This document shows, piece by piece, positions 12,788-23,487 of a stretch of DNA of 64,000 nt. Numbering within the stretch: the stretch's first letter is position 1; every line of letters begins with the position of its first letter. A model generated the notes under the pieces. That model saw nothing but the letters and a program-made list of their open reading frames with translations. It had not been told where the DNA came from and searched no databases. The position numbers were made by a program, and so were the translations under genes. This DNA comes from Bdellovibrionota bacterium (GTDB lineage Bacteria; Bdellovibrionota_G; JALEGL01; DATDPG01): assembly GCA_963668355.1 (NCBI GenBank), contig OY764265.1, positions 1,153,317 through 1,217,316 on the forward strand. The letters are read 5' to 3'.

Positions 12788-13906
12788 ATGACCAAGCGCG
12801 ACTATTATGAAGTGCTCTCGGTGAGCCGCGAGTCCACACAGGCAGACATCAAAAAAGCCTATCGACAACTCGCCAAGAAATATCACCCGGATTTAAATCC
12901 GGACAACGCCGAGGCCGAAGAAAAATTTAAGGAAGCCTCCGAAGCCTATGAAGTGCTTCACGATGTCGAAAAGCGTCGCGTATATGACCAATTCGGACAC
13001 GAAGGGTTAAAAGGAAGAGGGTTTCAGGGCTTCTCCGGCGTCGATGATATTTTCTCTTCTTTTGGAGACATTTTCGATTCATTTTTCGGTTTTGGCGGAG
13101 GCCGTCGGCGAGGAGGCCCACGCCGAGGGAACGATTTAGAGATGTTGGTTGAGATTTCTTTTCGAGATGCCATTTTTGGATGTCGAAAAGAAATTGAAGT
13201 CGAACGCCAAGTTTCCTGCACACATTGCTCAGGAACTGGCGCGGAGCCCGGACACGAACCTGAAAGTTGCGGCACCTGTGGCGGCATCGGTCAAGTGCGA
13301 ACGGTTCAGGGCTTTTTCTCCATGCAAACAACCTGCCCCCATTGTCGAGGAACGGGAAAATTCATTCGAGTTCCATGTAAAAACTGTCACGGTTCTGGCC
13401 GGGGCGTGGAAAAGAAACATCTGGAAGTGGATATTCCCGCCGGTGTGGATCGAGGCATGCGGGTTCGTCTTCCAGGCGAAGGGTCTGGGGGCTTGCAAGG
13501 AGGCTCTCCTGGGGACCTGTACGTTGTTCTCGATGTTGCCGAAGACGAAAATTTTATTCGAAAAGAGGAAAACATTTTTTCGCAGCTGAACATTGGCGTC
13601 GCTCAAGCCTCTCTGGGGACAGAGGTTCGCGTGGAAACGCTTGATGGACATGAGGTCGTTGAAGTGCCTCGGGGCTCTCAAAGTGGAGATGTCATTACAC
13701 TCAACGGTAAAGGCGTCCCTCGACTCCGGCGAGGAGGACGGGGGAGTCACTTTGTCGAATTACGGGTCATGATTCCAAAGAGACTCACCAGCAAACAGGA
13801 AGAACTGCTTCGTGCATTTGCCCAAGAATCTGGGGAAAGCGTATCAGCCCCGAAAGAAGGCTTTTTGGACAAACTCAAAAGCAAAAAGAAAACCAAGAAA
13901 AAATAG
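12788..13906 (+). CDS. dnaJ: Molecular chaperone DnaJ
   Basis: J-domain [13 protein letters not shown]...YHPD, Gly/Phe-rich region, four CxxCxGxG zinc-finger repeats; ORF-track start 12740 would include the terminator hairpin. Confidence 0.92.
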   Translation: MTKRDYYEVLSVSRESTQADIKKAYRQLAKKYHPDLNPDNAEAEEKFKEASEAYEVLHDVEKRRVYDQFGHEGLKGRGFQGFSGVDDIFSSFGDIFDSFFGFGGGRRRGGPRRGNDLEMLVEISFRDAIFGCRKEIEVERQVSCTHCSGTGAEPGHEPESCGTCGGIGQVRTVQGFFSMQTTCPHCRGTGKFIRVPCKNCHGSGRGVEKKHLEVDIPAGVDRGMRVRLPGEGSGGLQGGSPGDLYVVLDVAEDENFIRKEENIFSQLNIGVAQASLGTEVRVETLDGHEVVEVPRGSQSGDVITLNGKGVPRLRRGGRGSHFVELRVMIPKRLTSKQEELLRAFAQESGESVSAPKEGFLDKLKSKKKTKKK

Positions 13907-13914
13907 ACAGGTTT

Positions 13915-15579
13915 TTAAAGTACGTTTTTCAAAGAAAGCAATTGTTTCGGATCATTTTCCAATTGAACCCCAACGCCCACACGGGACGAACTTTTGGGCT
14001 GAGAGTAAACCACACGACCTTTAAGTAAAATTTGTCGAAAGGTGTTTGGCAGATGAATGCGAATGAAAATCGTTTCATCATTTTCAAACGTCTTTGCAGA
14101 CTCTACGTAAAGACCGCCTTGGGAAATATTTGATTCAAACTCTTTTCGAAACTCATCCATATTTCGAAAATATAGATCCACAAAGAATCGATCAGAACTT
14201 TCTTGCGGAACCTGGCCGCATAAATCAAAAGACTCCAGCTGTGAACGAACAAAGGAATCCAAGATCTTGACATTTTCTGGTGAAATATTGGTGAACTGAA
14301 AGCCAGCAAAGGGAGAGGCGTTTCGGGAAACTTCGTAAACCAATTTACCCAACCCTGAAATGGGAGGGTGGTCTTTTCCCAAGTGAAGAACGATTCCGTA
14401 CTCTCCGCCCTCTTTTTGAGGAAGACCCTTCCACTCCACCAGCATGCCACCGCGCCCTAACTCCGCGACTGCACAAGCTCCCCGAGCTTTGTCGGAAAGA
14501 TCCACCACGTCAGCCGAAATCCCAATATGTTCTGTGGAAATGCGAGGGTGTTTGCGTTGTCCAACTTGGCCGGCCAATGATTCGACGGGGCCACTGGGAA
14601 CTTTAGGAACACGCGTTCCCGCGTTGAACTCGGAAATGGCTTGAGTCCAATTTTGATCTTTGGCAATGAGTCGTCCGACGAACGCTGGAGAAAAAAGAGA
14701 CGAAGCGTCTAAAATATTCTCCAAGGGTTTTTCGCGAAATCGAATGTGAAGCAAGGCCTCTTCAAACGCTTCAACCGTTTGAAACCGCAAGGCAGGATCT
14801 CGGTGAAGGGCCTTATTGAAGAAGATTCGAAGAGAGATCTCATCCGAACGAGAACGGACGAGATTGGAACATTCAAATTTCGGAACAGTGGCATTTCGAA
14901 CTTTGGCAATGAGATCGACTTTGTTTTCAGCTTTGAAGGGAACCGTTCCGTGGAAAAGAATAAATGCAATCACACCTAAACTATAGAGGTCCGTTACGGT
15001 GGTGAGGGGACGACCTTCTAAAATGTCGGCCGGCAAATAATGGATGCGACCAAAGGGTCGCTCCAATGGATCCGTAGAGCTTTCTTGTCCGGCGCTGCCA
15101 AAATCCGTCAGGCGAAGCAAGCCCTCTCGTGTGATCATGATGTTTTCCAAAGACAGGTCGCCATGAAACAACACAGATTGCGAATTTCGGAAAATAGAGG
15201 TGTTGTGAAGATAGCGAAGGGCGGAGCAAAGCTCCTTTATAAAATAAAGCGTGAGTGACAAGGGAGGTCGGCCGTGGTCGCGACGAAAGTCGGAAACCAT
15301 TTCGTGTAAGCTTCCCGCCAATAAAAGTTCAGAAACGGCGAAAAAAACGCCATCCACTTTTCCGTGATCCAAAATTTTCAAAATATTTGGGTGATTTAGT
15401 TTTGAGGCGATTTGGATTTCACGAATAAACGAAGCGACAATGCGAGGGACCTGGGCGCGTTCCGGTTTTAAGCATTTCACTGCAAAAGACTGATTCTCGC
15501 TCATGCCCAAATAGACATGAGACAGCCCTCCCTCCCCGATTTTGGTTAACAGTGAATATTTTCCAAGCACATTACTCAT
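13915..15579 (-). CDS. Hanks-type Ser/Thr protein kinase with C-terminal PilZ-like region
   Basis: GEGGLSHVY glycine loop, AVK lysine, HGDLSLEN catalytic loop, DFG; C-terminal 250 aa contain RxxxR-like and D-x-S-x-x-G/A-like segments suggestive of PilZ (tentative). Confidence 0.75.
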   Translation of the reverse strand: MSNVLGKYSLLTKIGEGGLSHVYLGMSENQSFAVKCLKPERAQVPRIVASFIREIQIASKLNHPNILKILDHGKVDGVFFAVSELLLAGSLHEMVSDFRRDHGRPPLSLTLYFIKELCSALRYLHNTSIFRNSQSVLFHGDLSLENIMITREGLLRLTDFGSAGQESSTDPLERPFGRIHYLPADILEGRPLTTVTDLYSLGVIAFILFHGTVPFKAENKVDLIAKVRNATVPKFECSNLVRSRSDEISLRIFFNKALHRDPALRFQTVEAFEEALLHIRFREKPLENILDASSLFSPAFVGRLIAKDQNWTQAISEFNAGTRVPKVPSGPVESLAGQVGQRKHPRISTEHIGISADVVDLSDKARGACAVAELGRGGMLVEWKGLPQKEGGEYGIVLHLGKDHPPISGLGKLVYEVSRNASPFAGFQFTNISPENVKILDSFVRSQLESFDLCGQVPQESSDRFFVDLYFRNMDEFRKEFESNISQGGLYVESAKTFENDETIFIRIHLPNTFRQILLKGRVVYSQPKSSSRVGVGVQLENDPKQLLSLKNVL

Positions 15580-18067
15580 TTAAGAAAAACTGCTGAGGCG
15601 TTTTACTTCGATCCACGTCTTCCGATGTTTCTTCCGGCTCGGTGCCTTCCAAAAACGCTTCGAAGACGGGATGCTTCGTCTCTCTGGAAGCAATTTTACC
15701 ACTTTTTGGATCAATCTGCGCGAAGACCACACCAGGGGGCACCGAAAAGTCCATAATGGGCTCTTCTTCCAGCGCTTTCTTCATAAAATCCAACCAGATG
15801 GGACTTGCGGCACTTCCTCCGACCTCCAACACGCCGAGCTTCTCTGCCTGGTCGAATCCCACCCAAACTCCGGTGACGAGAGAGGGTGTAAACCCGACAA
15901 ACCAGGCATCGTGGTTGTCGTTTGTGGTCCCGGTTTTTCCAGCAGCGGGTCGATTGATGCTCTGAGCCCGTCTTCCCGTTCCTATGGAAATGACCTCCTT
16001 TAAAAGGTGGGTCATGATGTAGGCCGTTTGCGGGCGAACCGCAAAACTCGAAGGTAAGTCGGCAGAATCTTCCATTCCTCTTTGAACCGCCAGGTCGAAG
16101 GTTTGTTTTTCACGCTCCTTTTGTTCCAGAAGCTCCAGCTCAAAATCCAAAGGCAGCGTGAGACCGTCGGGAATATTCCTTTCCAAAACATTTCCGTCGC
16201 GATCCACAATCTTTTCAATGGCGGCTGGAGGAAGACGGCGACCGCTGGCTGCAAAGACCGTATACGCTGAGACCAGCTCCAAGGGTTTGACGGCCGAAGA
16301 TCCAAGAGCCAGCGAATGATCGCGAGCCAAAGGAGAGGCAATTCCGAAGCGAGAGGCGTAGTCCAACACGACATCGATGCCGATGTCTTGGACGATGCGA
16401 ACGGTGGGAACGTTTCTGGACTTGATCAAGGCCTCACGGAAGACCGTATTGCCATAAAATTTTCCTCCAAAGTTTTTTGGCTTCCACGTCAACGCCGTGA
16501 TCGGGTCATCATAGACAATGGGAGAATCCAAGAGCATGCTTGCGGCGGTGTATCCGTGGTCGATGGCTGCGGTATAGATCAGTGGCTTGAAAGCTGAGCC
16601 AGGCTGTCGAGCGGCTTGCGTAACTCGATTGAATTCACTTTTTTCAAAATCGTAGCCGCCAACCATGGCACGAATGCCTCCGTCTCTGGGGTCAATTCCC
16701 ACCAGCGCACCTTGAACTTCAGGTTCCTGGATCAGTTCGAAAAACAATTCCCCTTCTGTCAGTGGTTTTTCATCGGTTTGAATTTCCGAACTCTTCAAAG
16801 GACGAACCAACACCACGTCTCCCACCGACAAAGCTTGAGAAGGTTTTTCAATGAGACCACGTTTCCAATATTGATCCGCATTGGGCTCACGAGCCCAGGT
16901 CATGACATCCAAAGGTATGATTCCCTTCAATCGTCCGAGGTTGACATGGGTTTGAAGATTTTTGTCATCTACCTGTGTCACCAATGCACGATAATTATGA
17001 TCGACCTCCAATTCCCCCGGACCTCTCTCGGAGCGAAGAACTTCCAAATACTCTGGAAACGCTTCTTCGGTAATTTGGTTTAAGGGTCCTCGAAATCCCT
17101 GTCTTCGGTCCAAGGCCTCCAACCCTTTTCGAAGGGCCTTTCTTGCAGAACGAGCATTTCTGGCTTCAAGCGTCGTATAAATTTGTAAGCCCCCTTCCAG
17201 AACCAGCGCTTCTCCGTATTTTTCCATGACGTATCGCCGAACATGTTCCACGAAGTAAGGAGCGTATCGAAGGTTGAGTTGAGCGTTTCGAACCAAACTC
17301 AAGGGACGTTCGATTTCTTGAAGGTATTGAGCTTTTGAAATGTAGCCCTCCGCTTGCAAACGACTCAACACATAACTTTGGCGTGATTGCGCGCGATCCA
17401 AACTTCGAAAAGGGTTATCTCGGCTGGGAGCTTTGGTGAGTCCCGCCAGCATGGCGATTTCGGCCAAACTTAACGAGGCCGCATCTTTATTGAAGTAAAT
17501 TTGTGAAGCGGCTTGCACACCATACGCACCATGTCCCAAATAGACCTGGTTCAAGTAAATCTCCAAAATTTCTTCCTTGGATAGGAAGCGTTCCATTTTA
17601 TAAGCCAAAACCGCCTCTTTGGCTTTTCGCGTGTAACTTCGCTCGGGAGAAAGAAGTAAGGATTTGGCGACTTGCTGCGTAATGGTGCTGCCGCCTTGAC
17701 GCACTCTTCCCGCAAGAACATTTTTCACCATGGCTCGAAAAATGCCAGCAAATGAGATTCCACCATGTTCGAAGAACTCGGCATCTTCGGCGGAAATGAA
17801 CGCCTTAATCATGGCGGGGGGCATTTGTGCGAGGGGGAGGTACACCCTTCGTTGCCGGAAGAACTCTCCAATTTTCACCATGTCGTGGCTGTACACCTCA
17901 GAAGCGACAGGCGGCCGAAACTCTTTGAGCGACTCAATGGAGGGCAGATTCCACGCCAAATAGACGAAGGAGGAACCTCCAATGATAAAGACCACCATGG
18001 CTGGATAGACGATCCAACGAAGCTTTTTCCACAAACGTGTTCGGAACATGCGAAAGAGTGTACCCAT
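15572..18067 (-). CDS. mrcA: Penicillin-binding protein 1A (bifunctional glycosyltransferase/transpeptidase)
   Basis: GT51 motif FISAEDAEFFEHGG; transpeptidase SxxK (GSAFKP), SRN, KTG motifs; N-terminal membrane anchor. Confidence 0.9.
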   Translation of the reverse strand: MGTLFRMFRTRLWKKLRWIVYPAMVVFIIGGSSFVYLAWNLPSIESLKEFRPPVASEVYSHDMVKIGEFFRQRRVYLPLAQMPPAMIKAFISAEDAEFFEHGGISFAGIFRAMVKNVLAGRVRQGGSTITQQVAKSLLLSPERSYTRKAKEAVLAYKMERFLSKEEILEIYLNQVYLGHGAYGVQAASQIYFNKDAASLSLAEIAMLAGLTKAPSRDNPFRSLDRAQSRQSYVLSRLQAEGYISKAQYLQEIERPLSLVRNAQLNLRYAPYFVEHVRRYVMEKYGEALVLEGGLQIYTTLEARNARSARKALRKGLEALDRRQGFRGPLNQITEEAFPEYLEVLRSERGPGELEVDHNYRALVTQVDDKNLQTHVNLGRLKGIIPLDVMTWAREPNADQYWKRGLIEKPSQALSVGDVVLVRPLKSSEIQTDEKPLTEGELFFELIQEPEVQGALVGIDPRDGGIRAMVGGYDFEKSEFNRVTQAARQPGSAFKPLIYTAAIDHGYTAASMLLDSPIVYDDPITALTWKPKNFGGKFYGNTVFREALIKSRNVPTVRIVQDIGIDVVLDYASRFGIASPLARDHSLALGSSAVKPLELVSAYTVFAASGRRLPPAAIEKIVDRDGNVLERNIPDGLTLPLDFELELLEQKEREKQTFDLAVQRGMEDSADLPSSFAVRPQTAYIMTHLLKEVISIGTGRRAQSINRPAAGKTGTTNDNHDAWFVGFTPSLVTGVWVGFDQAEKLGVLEVGGSAASPIWLDFMKKALEEEPIMDFSVPPGVVFAQIDPKSGKIASRETKHPVFEAFLEGTEPEETSEDVDRSKTPQQFFLNE

Positions 18068-18262
18068 TGGGAAGATTTTTTCATGGGAGAAACACCTCAG
18101 GACGCTGAAAATCGTTGTGGGAGAGTTTTATGAGACGCAAAACCAGCCTCCAAAAGGTTGGCCGCGAAACGTCAGTAAACTGAGTAATACAGAAAGTTAG
18201 CAACAAAACGAGCGTGAAAAGCTTTCTGAAAGGGATCCTTAAGGGGGTGTAAAGATCCACGC

Positions 18263-18291
18263 TTGACAAAGCCTCGTGGCTTACATATTAC
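18263..18291 (+). promoter_or_regulatory. Candidate sigma70-type promoter upstream of the radical-SAM/tatA/tatC genes
   Basis: TTGACA (18263-18268), 17-bp spacer, TATTAC (18286-18291). Confidence 0.25.
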
Positions 18292-18323
18292 ACTGACCCA
18301 CATACCTAAATTGAGGTAAGTCC

Positions 18324-19406
18324 TTGGATTTCAAATGGAATTCGGGTTTTTTTGGTGAGTTGAAGAAGTTCGGGAGGAGAACCATGGCGGCAACGATCCA
18401 AGACATGAATGGCGATGTAGCACGTACATTGCGCTTGTCGATTACGGGGGAATGTAATTTAGACTGCTTCTATTGTAAGCCCACAGGGAGGTCCAAAGAC
18501 CTCTTCCAACCCAAAACCCCCGTCCAGCCTTCGGATGTGACGAAGTTGGTGAAAATTTTGGGAGAAAAGGGTGTTTCCAAGGTTTTGATCTCCGGGGGAG
18601 AGCCCCTGCTCCGAAAAGATGCTGCAAATTTTGTCAAATCAGCCACCGCCCATCGGGCCATTCAAGAAGTTCGCCTGGTGACGAATGGAACCTACCTGAA
18701 AGCTCACGCGGATGCTCTGCGAAAACTGGGCCTGCGTAAGGTGGACATCAATTTCGACACGTTGAAATATGAGAAATACCAGACATTGACCAAGAAAGAT
18801 GACCTCTTTCGCGTGTTGGATGGGATCGAAAAAGTCGAAAAGCTCAACTACACGTCGATTCGCGTAAATGTCTTCATGTTAAGAGGCATCAACGATGAAG
18901 AGCTTGTGGACTTCGCTCGAATGACGAAAGATCACAAAATTTATTTGCGCTTCATGGAATACGATTCGAACGGAACCCAGAAGGATTCAAAATCTGCGTC
19001 GCGCCTGTTTTTCCCGGCACTTGCCGCAAAGCGCATGATTAATAATTACCAGAAATTGGTGATGGAGCCCGAATTGGAGGGAGAGCATCCGGTTCCCGCT
19101 TTTCGATTTGTTGATGGCCTGGGGAAAATGTCCTTTTTAAGTCGCGATGAGGTGGCGAAAGAAGATTCCACGCCTCGCGTAGCCTTCAATGCGAGTGGCG
19201 TTTTCTTCAATGAGGCTGCGTCCAATCGAGGTCACGCCATTTTGGCCGACCTTCGAAGAGATGCGAAAGAAACCAAGCTCCACCGAACCATAGAGCGGGT
19301 CTTGACGCTTCACGCAGCTCCGGCGCCGAAGAAGAAAGCCAGCAAATCGGTTACGACGCTAAAAACCAAGACGACAACACGAGCTAAACGCGCGGCAAGG
19401 GCCTAA
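18324..19406 (+). CDS. Radical SAM protein, MoaA-like N-terminus but lacking the MoaA C-terminal cluster cysteines
   Basis: CNLDCFYC (CxxxCxxC) and GGEPLL motifs; no further Cys in the protein; Lys/Thr/Arg-rich C-terminal tail; possible start at ATG 18384. Confidence 0.7.
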   Translation: MDFKWNSGFFGELKKFGRRTMAATIQDMNGDVARTLRLSITGECNLDCFYCKPTGRSKDLFQPKTPVQPSDVTKLVKILGEKGVSKVLISGGEPLLRKDAANFVKSATAHRAIQEVRLVTNGTYLKAHADALRKLGLRKVDINFDTLKYEKYQTLTKKDDLFRVLDGIEKVEKLNYTSIRVNVFMLRGINDEELVDFARMTKDHKIYLRFMEYDSNGTQKDSKSASRLFFPALAAKRMINNYQKLVMEPELEGEHPVPAFRFVDGLGKMSFLSRDEVAKEDSTPRVAFNASGVFFNEAASNRGHAILADLRRDAKETKLHRTIERVLTLHAAPAPKKKASKSVTTLKTKTTTRAKRAARA

Positions 19407-19467
19407 GATATAAGCGGCCGTTCTTTCTCTCTTGAAATCGTGAGAAACGTGCTTTAATCGAGGCCTT

Positions 19468-19662
19468 GTGTTTGGCATTGGCTTTGGCGAAATTTTATTG
19501 ATCCTCATTGTGGTTCTTTTGATCTACGGACCCAACAGACTTCCCGAGTTGGCTCAGAAGGTGGGGCGCGTGATGCGAGAATTTCGAAGAGCCACCAACG
19601 AAGTGCGCGACGCATTGTCTGAAACCGATCCTACGGAAACGAAAGACTCGGATGACGCCTAA
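19468..19662 (+). CDS. tatA: Twin-arginine translocase TatA/E family subunit
   Basis: 64 aa; N-terminal TM helix then amphipathic helix and acidic tail (FGEILLILIVVLLIYGPNRLPEL). Confidence 0.8.
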   Translation: MFGIGFGEILLILIVVLLIYGPNRLPELAQKVGRVMREFRRATNEVRDALSETDPTETKDSDDA

Positions 19663-20398
19663 ACCTCCATCCATGCCCTTTTTGGCCCATCTTCAGGACC
19701 TTAGAAAATGCTTCCTTCATAGTTTCGTGGCGATTTTGGTGGGGTTTGGCGTGGCATATACTTTTCGACAAGAAGTGTTCGCCCTTCTTACCCTGCCCTT
19801 CAACGACGCCTATCGGGCGGCGTTTGACCAAGAGCCTCATATGATTACCACAGGTTTGGTGGAATCCTTCCTGGTGTATTTGAAGGTTTCCCTCCTGGCG
19901 GGGTTCTTTTTGGCCAGCCCGGTGGTGTTTTACCAGGTATGGAAATTTGTCGGGCCGGCCTTGACCCGAGGAGAACGGAAGCACGCCCTTCCGGTCGTTT
20001 TTTTAGCGACGGTGTTCTTTGTGGGAGGGGCGCTCTTTGGATATTTCGGCGTGTTTCCCCTGGGCTTTCGATTCTTTCTCGAAGTCGCGCCAGGAGATTA
20101 TGTGGAGCCCATGATTCGCATGCAGGAGTATTTTCACCTATCTTCCTGGATGCTTGTGGTTTTTGGGTTGGTTTTTGAACTTCCTCTAATGGTTCTTTAC
20201 CTCACGATCACGGGTGTAATTTCTCCGGCCGGACTCATTCGCCCCTGGCGGGCCGTTATCATTGGAATTGCGGTTGGTTCTGCCATTCTGACCCCGGCTG
20301 ACCCGGCGTCGATGTTACTGATGGCCCTTCCACTCCTCGTTTTATATGGAGTCACCGTCGCAATCGCGTTTATATTGGGACAAAGGCGCCGCAAATAA
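19652..20398 (+). CDS. tatC: Twin-arginine translocase subunit TatC
   Basis: 248-aa six-TM protein; overlaps tatA by 11 nt. Confidence 0.88.
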   Translation: MTPKPPSMPFLAHLQDLRKCFLHSFVAILVGFGVAYTFRQEVFALLTLPFNDAYRAAFDQEPHMITTGLVESFLVYLKVSLLAGFFLASPVVFYQVWKFVGPALTRGERKHALPVVFLATVFFVGGALFGYFGVFPLGFRFFLEVAPGDYVEPMIRMQEYFHLSSWMLVVFGLVFELPLMVLYLTITGVISPAGLIRPWRAVIIGIAVGSAILTPADPASMLLMALPLLVLYGVTVAIAFILGQRRRK

Positions 20399-20477
20399 TT
20401 TGCACAACCCTGAAAACTTTGATATTCGGATCTTAGAGTAGGGGAATTTACTGGGCGATTCTAAAAAGGGGGGAATC

Positions 20478-21380
20478 ATGTCCAAATCACTTCACGGCTT
20501 ATGGGTCTTGGTTTTTCTGTTCACCACCACCGCGTTCGCGGGAAACTTGTTTGAGGGAGGTCAGGAGGTCGAATTTGATCTCATCGAACCCACGGGGCCC
20601 TGCGCAGTTGTTGACGGGAAATACCCCACCGACCCGCTCTGTTATGAAATTGCTGAGGTTCAACTCACACCGCAGGTTCGTGTTCCCTTGATGGCGTTGG
20701 AATCGGCTCGAACGCCCACCCTGAGTCAACGATCCAAGGCACCCGGACGAACGGGCGGAATTCCGGGGATGCAAGAAGCCAAAGAAATCATGAATACGAT
20801 TGATTGGTTCTGGCGATTTCTGGAAAAAAACCAAGCCAAATTGGAAGTCAATACCCAAGGACGAGCCAATGCGCTTCCCACAGCGAAAGAATGTCAAAAC
20901 TGGGAGAACATGGGAGGTTGGAATCCCACGCCCAAAGCCATTCCCTATGTTTTGAGTGCAAAGAACCCCTTTGGGATTGAAGTGGTTCGTTTGGAATACA
21001 CAATTCAGTTCACGTACGGCGGGAATTGTCTTGGAAAAGGTCAATATCTTGAAAACGTCCGCCTGGTTTACGGAAATGCGTCGGCGTCGTTGTTTTTTAC
21101 CGCAGAGGTCGATGTTGAAATTGGAGACATCGTGAACTTCGGAACGTCTGAAGCCCCCATTGCCGGCCTACAAATTCTTTCTCACAATCGCGTAAAGTCT
21201 TTGGTGAAAAGCATCAATCAGTCCACGGCGTACTATGTGATGGGAAATGGAGACTTCTCTGAGGTTATGCCCCATCGTGTGATGGGAGACGAGCCTTTCT
21301 CGGCGAGGGAAGACGGATCGAAGAAAGATTCAGCCTTGGTTGGTGACGGCTACGAGCTTCTGGATCTTAGCCAACCCTAG
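20478..21380 (+). CDS. Exported hypothetical protein
   Basis: N-terminal Sec-type signal peptide (LWVLVFLFTTTAFA); no recognisable domain. Confidence 0.5.
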   Translation: MSKSLHGLWVLVFLFTTTAFAGNLFEGGQEVEFDLIEPTGPCAVVDGKYPTDPLCYEIAEVQLTPQVRVPLMALESARTPTLSQRSKAPGRTGGIPGMQEAKEIMNTIDWFWRFLEKNQAKLEVNTQGRANALPTAKECQNWENMGGWNPTPKAIPYVLSAKNPFGIEVVRLEYTIQFTYGGNCLGKGQYLENVRLVYGNASASLFFTAEVDVEIGDIVNFGTSEAPIAGLQILSHNRVKSLVKSINQSTAYYVMGNGDFSEVMPHRVMGDEPFSAREDGSKKDSALVGDGYELLDLSQP

Positions 21381-21382
21381 AG

Positions 21383-22978
21383 CTAAACATGTGTTTGGTG
21401 AGGTTGGTAGGTCCCAAAGACCTCGCGCAGGACATCTGAAATTTCTCCGACGGTCGCACGGGCTTCTGCGGCTTTGAGAATGAAGGGAACCAAATTCGTG
21501 CTTGATTTGGCTGCGCTGGCCAAATCCGTGAGCGAGCGGTGAAGGTTTGGGGCGTTCCGCTCTTTTCGAAAGCGATTCAAATCTTTGCGACGAGTGGTTT
21601 CCAAAACGGGATTCATTTTTAAGGAAGACGAAGCGGAAATTTCTTCGGTCTGGTAAGCATTGAGACCCACAACACGCCGTTCGTTCTTTTCAATTTCTTG
21701 CTGCACTTGATACGAACGTTCAGCAATGGCCTTTTGAAAATATCCCTGCTCAATGGCGCTGGCGCTTCCGCCCAGGCGATCAATTTCCTCCAAAAGGATT
21801 CGCGCGCTTCTTTCAATCCGAGTTGTCTCGTTTTCCAGGAGATAACTACCCCCTAGAGGATCCACGGTGTTAACCACGCCGGACTCCTCTGCCAGAATTT
21901 GTTGCGTACGCAGAGCCAATAAAGCCGAAGCCTCACTTGGAAGAGAAAGGGCTTCGTCGCGTGAGTTGGTATGCAAAGATTGACAGCCCCCCAGAATGGC
22001 CGCCAATGCTTGCAGAGTTACGCGAACAATATTGTTATTGGGTTGTTGGGCCGTGAGCGTGCTCCCAGCCGTTTGAACATGAAAGCGCAGCAACTTGGAG
22101 CGTTGTTTCTTGGCACCAAATGTTTCAGAAGCCATTCGAGCCCAAAGCCGACGAGCCGCACGAAATTTGGCCACTTCTTCGATGAAGTCATTGTGAGAGG
22201 TAAAGAAAAACGAAAGCTGTCCCGCAAAATCATCAAAACTTAAACCGCGCGCCAAAACGGATTTTGAATATTCTTTTGCGTTGGCCAACGTAAACGCAAC
22301 CTCTTGAACCGCATCCGATCCAGCTTCGCGTATATGATATCCCGAAATGGAAATGGGGTTCCACTTAGGAACGTGTTCGGAACAATAAGCAATCAAATCT
22401 GTGACCAATCTCAAAGAATGCGAGGGCGTATAGATATAGGTGCCGCGTGCAATGTATTCCTTGAGAACATCGTTTTGAATGGTTCCACGAAGGTCGAAAA
22501 AAGAACTTCCCTGTTTTTTGGCCAAAGCCAGATAGAAACATAAAAGAATGGCCGCCGTTGAGTTGATGGTCATGGAGGTGGAAACCTTGGAAAGCGGAAT
22601 TCCTTGGAAAAGCGTTTCCATATCTTCGAGAGATGAAATGGCGACCCCCACCCTTCCGACCTCTCCCTGCGCCATGGGGTGATCACTGTCGAATCCCATT
22701 TGAGTGGGCAGGTCAAAAGCTACAGAAAGTCCGGTTTGACCCGCAGCTAAAAGTTTTTGGAATCGTTGATTGGTTTCCTTGGCGGTTCCAAACCCAGCGT
22801 ACTGCCGCATCGTCCATAAACGCCCCCGATACATCGTGGGCTGGACGCCTCGTGTGAAGGGAAAGCTTCCCGGAAAACCGCTTTGTGAAAGTGCATCAAA
22901 GTCGGAATCCTTGGAGGCACACAAAGGAATGTCGGACCCATCGGAACGCCTTAAAAAAAGTTTGGAGTCTTTTTTCAT
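21383..22978 (-). CDS. Methylmalonyl-CoA mutase-family large subunit (substrate-binding TIM-barrel; no B12-binding domain in this ORF)
   Basis: [24 protein letters not shown] signature; 531 aa; start codon overlaps BCCP stop. Confidence 0.88.
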   Translation of the reverse strand: MKKDSKLFLRRSDGSDIPLCASKDSDFDALSQSGFPGSFPFTRGVQPTMYRGRLWTMRQYAGFGTAKETNQRFQKLLAAGQTGLSVAFDLPTQMGFDSDHPMAQGEVGRVGVAISSLEDMETLFQGIPLSKVSTSMTINSTAAILLCFYLALAKKQGSSFFDLRGTIQNDVLKEYIARGTYIYTPSHSLRLVTDLIAYCSEHVPKWNPISISGYHIREAGSDAVQEVAFTLANAKEYSKSVLARGLSFDDFAGQLSFFFTSHNDFIEEVAKFRAARRLWARMASETFGAKKQRSKLLRFHVQTAGSTLTAQQPNNNIVRVTLQALAAILGGCQSLHTNSRDEALSLPSEASALLALRTQQILAEESGVVNTVDPLGGSYLLENETTRIERSARILLEEIDRLGGSASAIEQGYFQKAIAERSYQVQQEIEKNERRVVGLNAYQTEEISASSSLKMNPVLETTRRKDLNRFRKERNAPNLHRSLTDLASAAKSSTNLVPFILKAAEARATVGEISDVLREVFGTYQPHQTHV

Positions 22979-23487
22979 GTTGGGTCACAACCTTTTTTCA
23001 ATGAGAGAAGAAGTGCACCCGCTTCGACGGTTTCTCCTAAAATGGCGAAAAGCTCCTCGACATTTCCATCTTCTTGAGCAGAAATTTCATTTTCCATTTT
23101 CATCGCCTCAAGCACCATTAAAGGCATTCCTTTTTTTACGCGCTCTCCCTTTTTGACATGGATGCAAACCACCCGCCCAGGCATGACTGCTCGGACTTCG
23201 CCATTGACATTTGCTTTCCGCGTTCCATTCGAAGGCTTAAAACGACGCTCATCAATCCAATCCAATGAGACCGGTTGTCCATTTACCCAAAGGTCCAATG
23301 TGGACCCCTTTCGTTCGTTTAAGAAGACTTCAAAGATTTTTCCTTCTTGATTTAAGAGAAGGCCGGAAGAAAGGTTCGCTATTTGGAAGGAACGTGTCGT
23401 ATTGTTTAATGAAACAAAAACGCGGTCGCCCCTTGTTTGAACCTCCACTTCTCCAGAAAGATTTCCGTGACGAAAGAAATGTTTCAT
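22975..23487 (-). CDS. Biotin carboxyl carrier protein
   Basis: C-terminal biotinyl domain with EAMKMEN biotinylation motif; Met at 23487 forms an ATGA overlap with the biotin carboxylase stop. Confidence 0.8.
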   Translation of the reverse strand: MKHFFRHGNLSGEVEVQTRGDRVFVSLNNTTRSFQIANLSSGLLLNQEGKIFEVFLNERKGSTLDLWVNGQPVSLDWIDERRFKPSNGTRKANVNGEVRAVMPGRVVCIHVKKGERVKKGMPLMVLEAMKMENEISAQEDGNVEELFAILGETVEAGALLLSLKKGCDPT

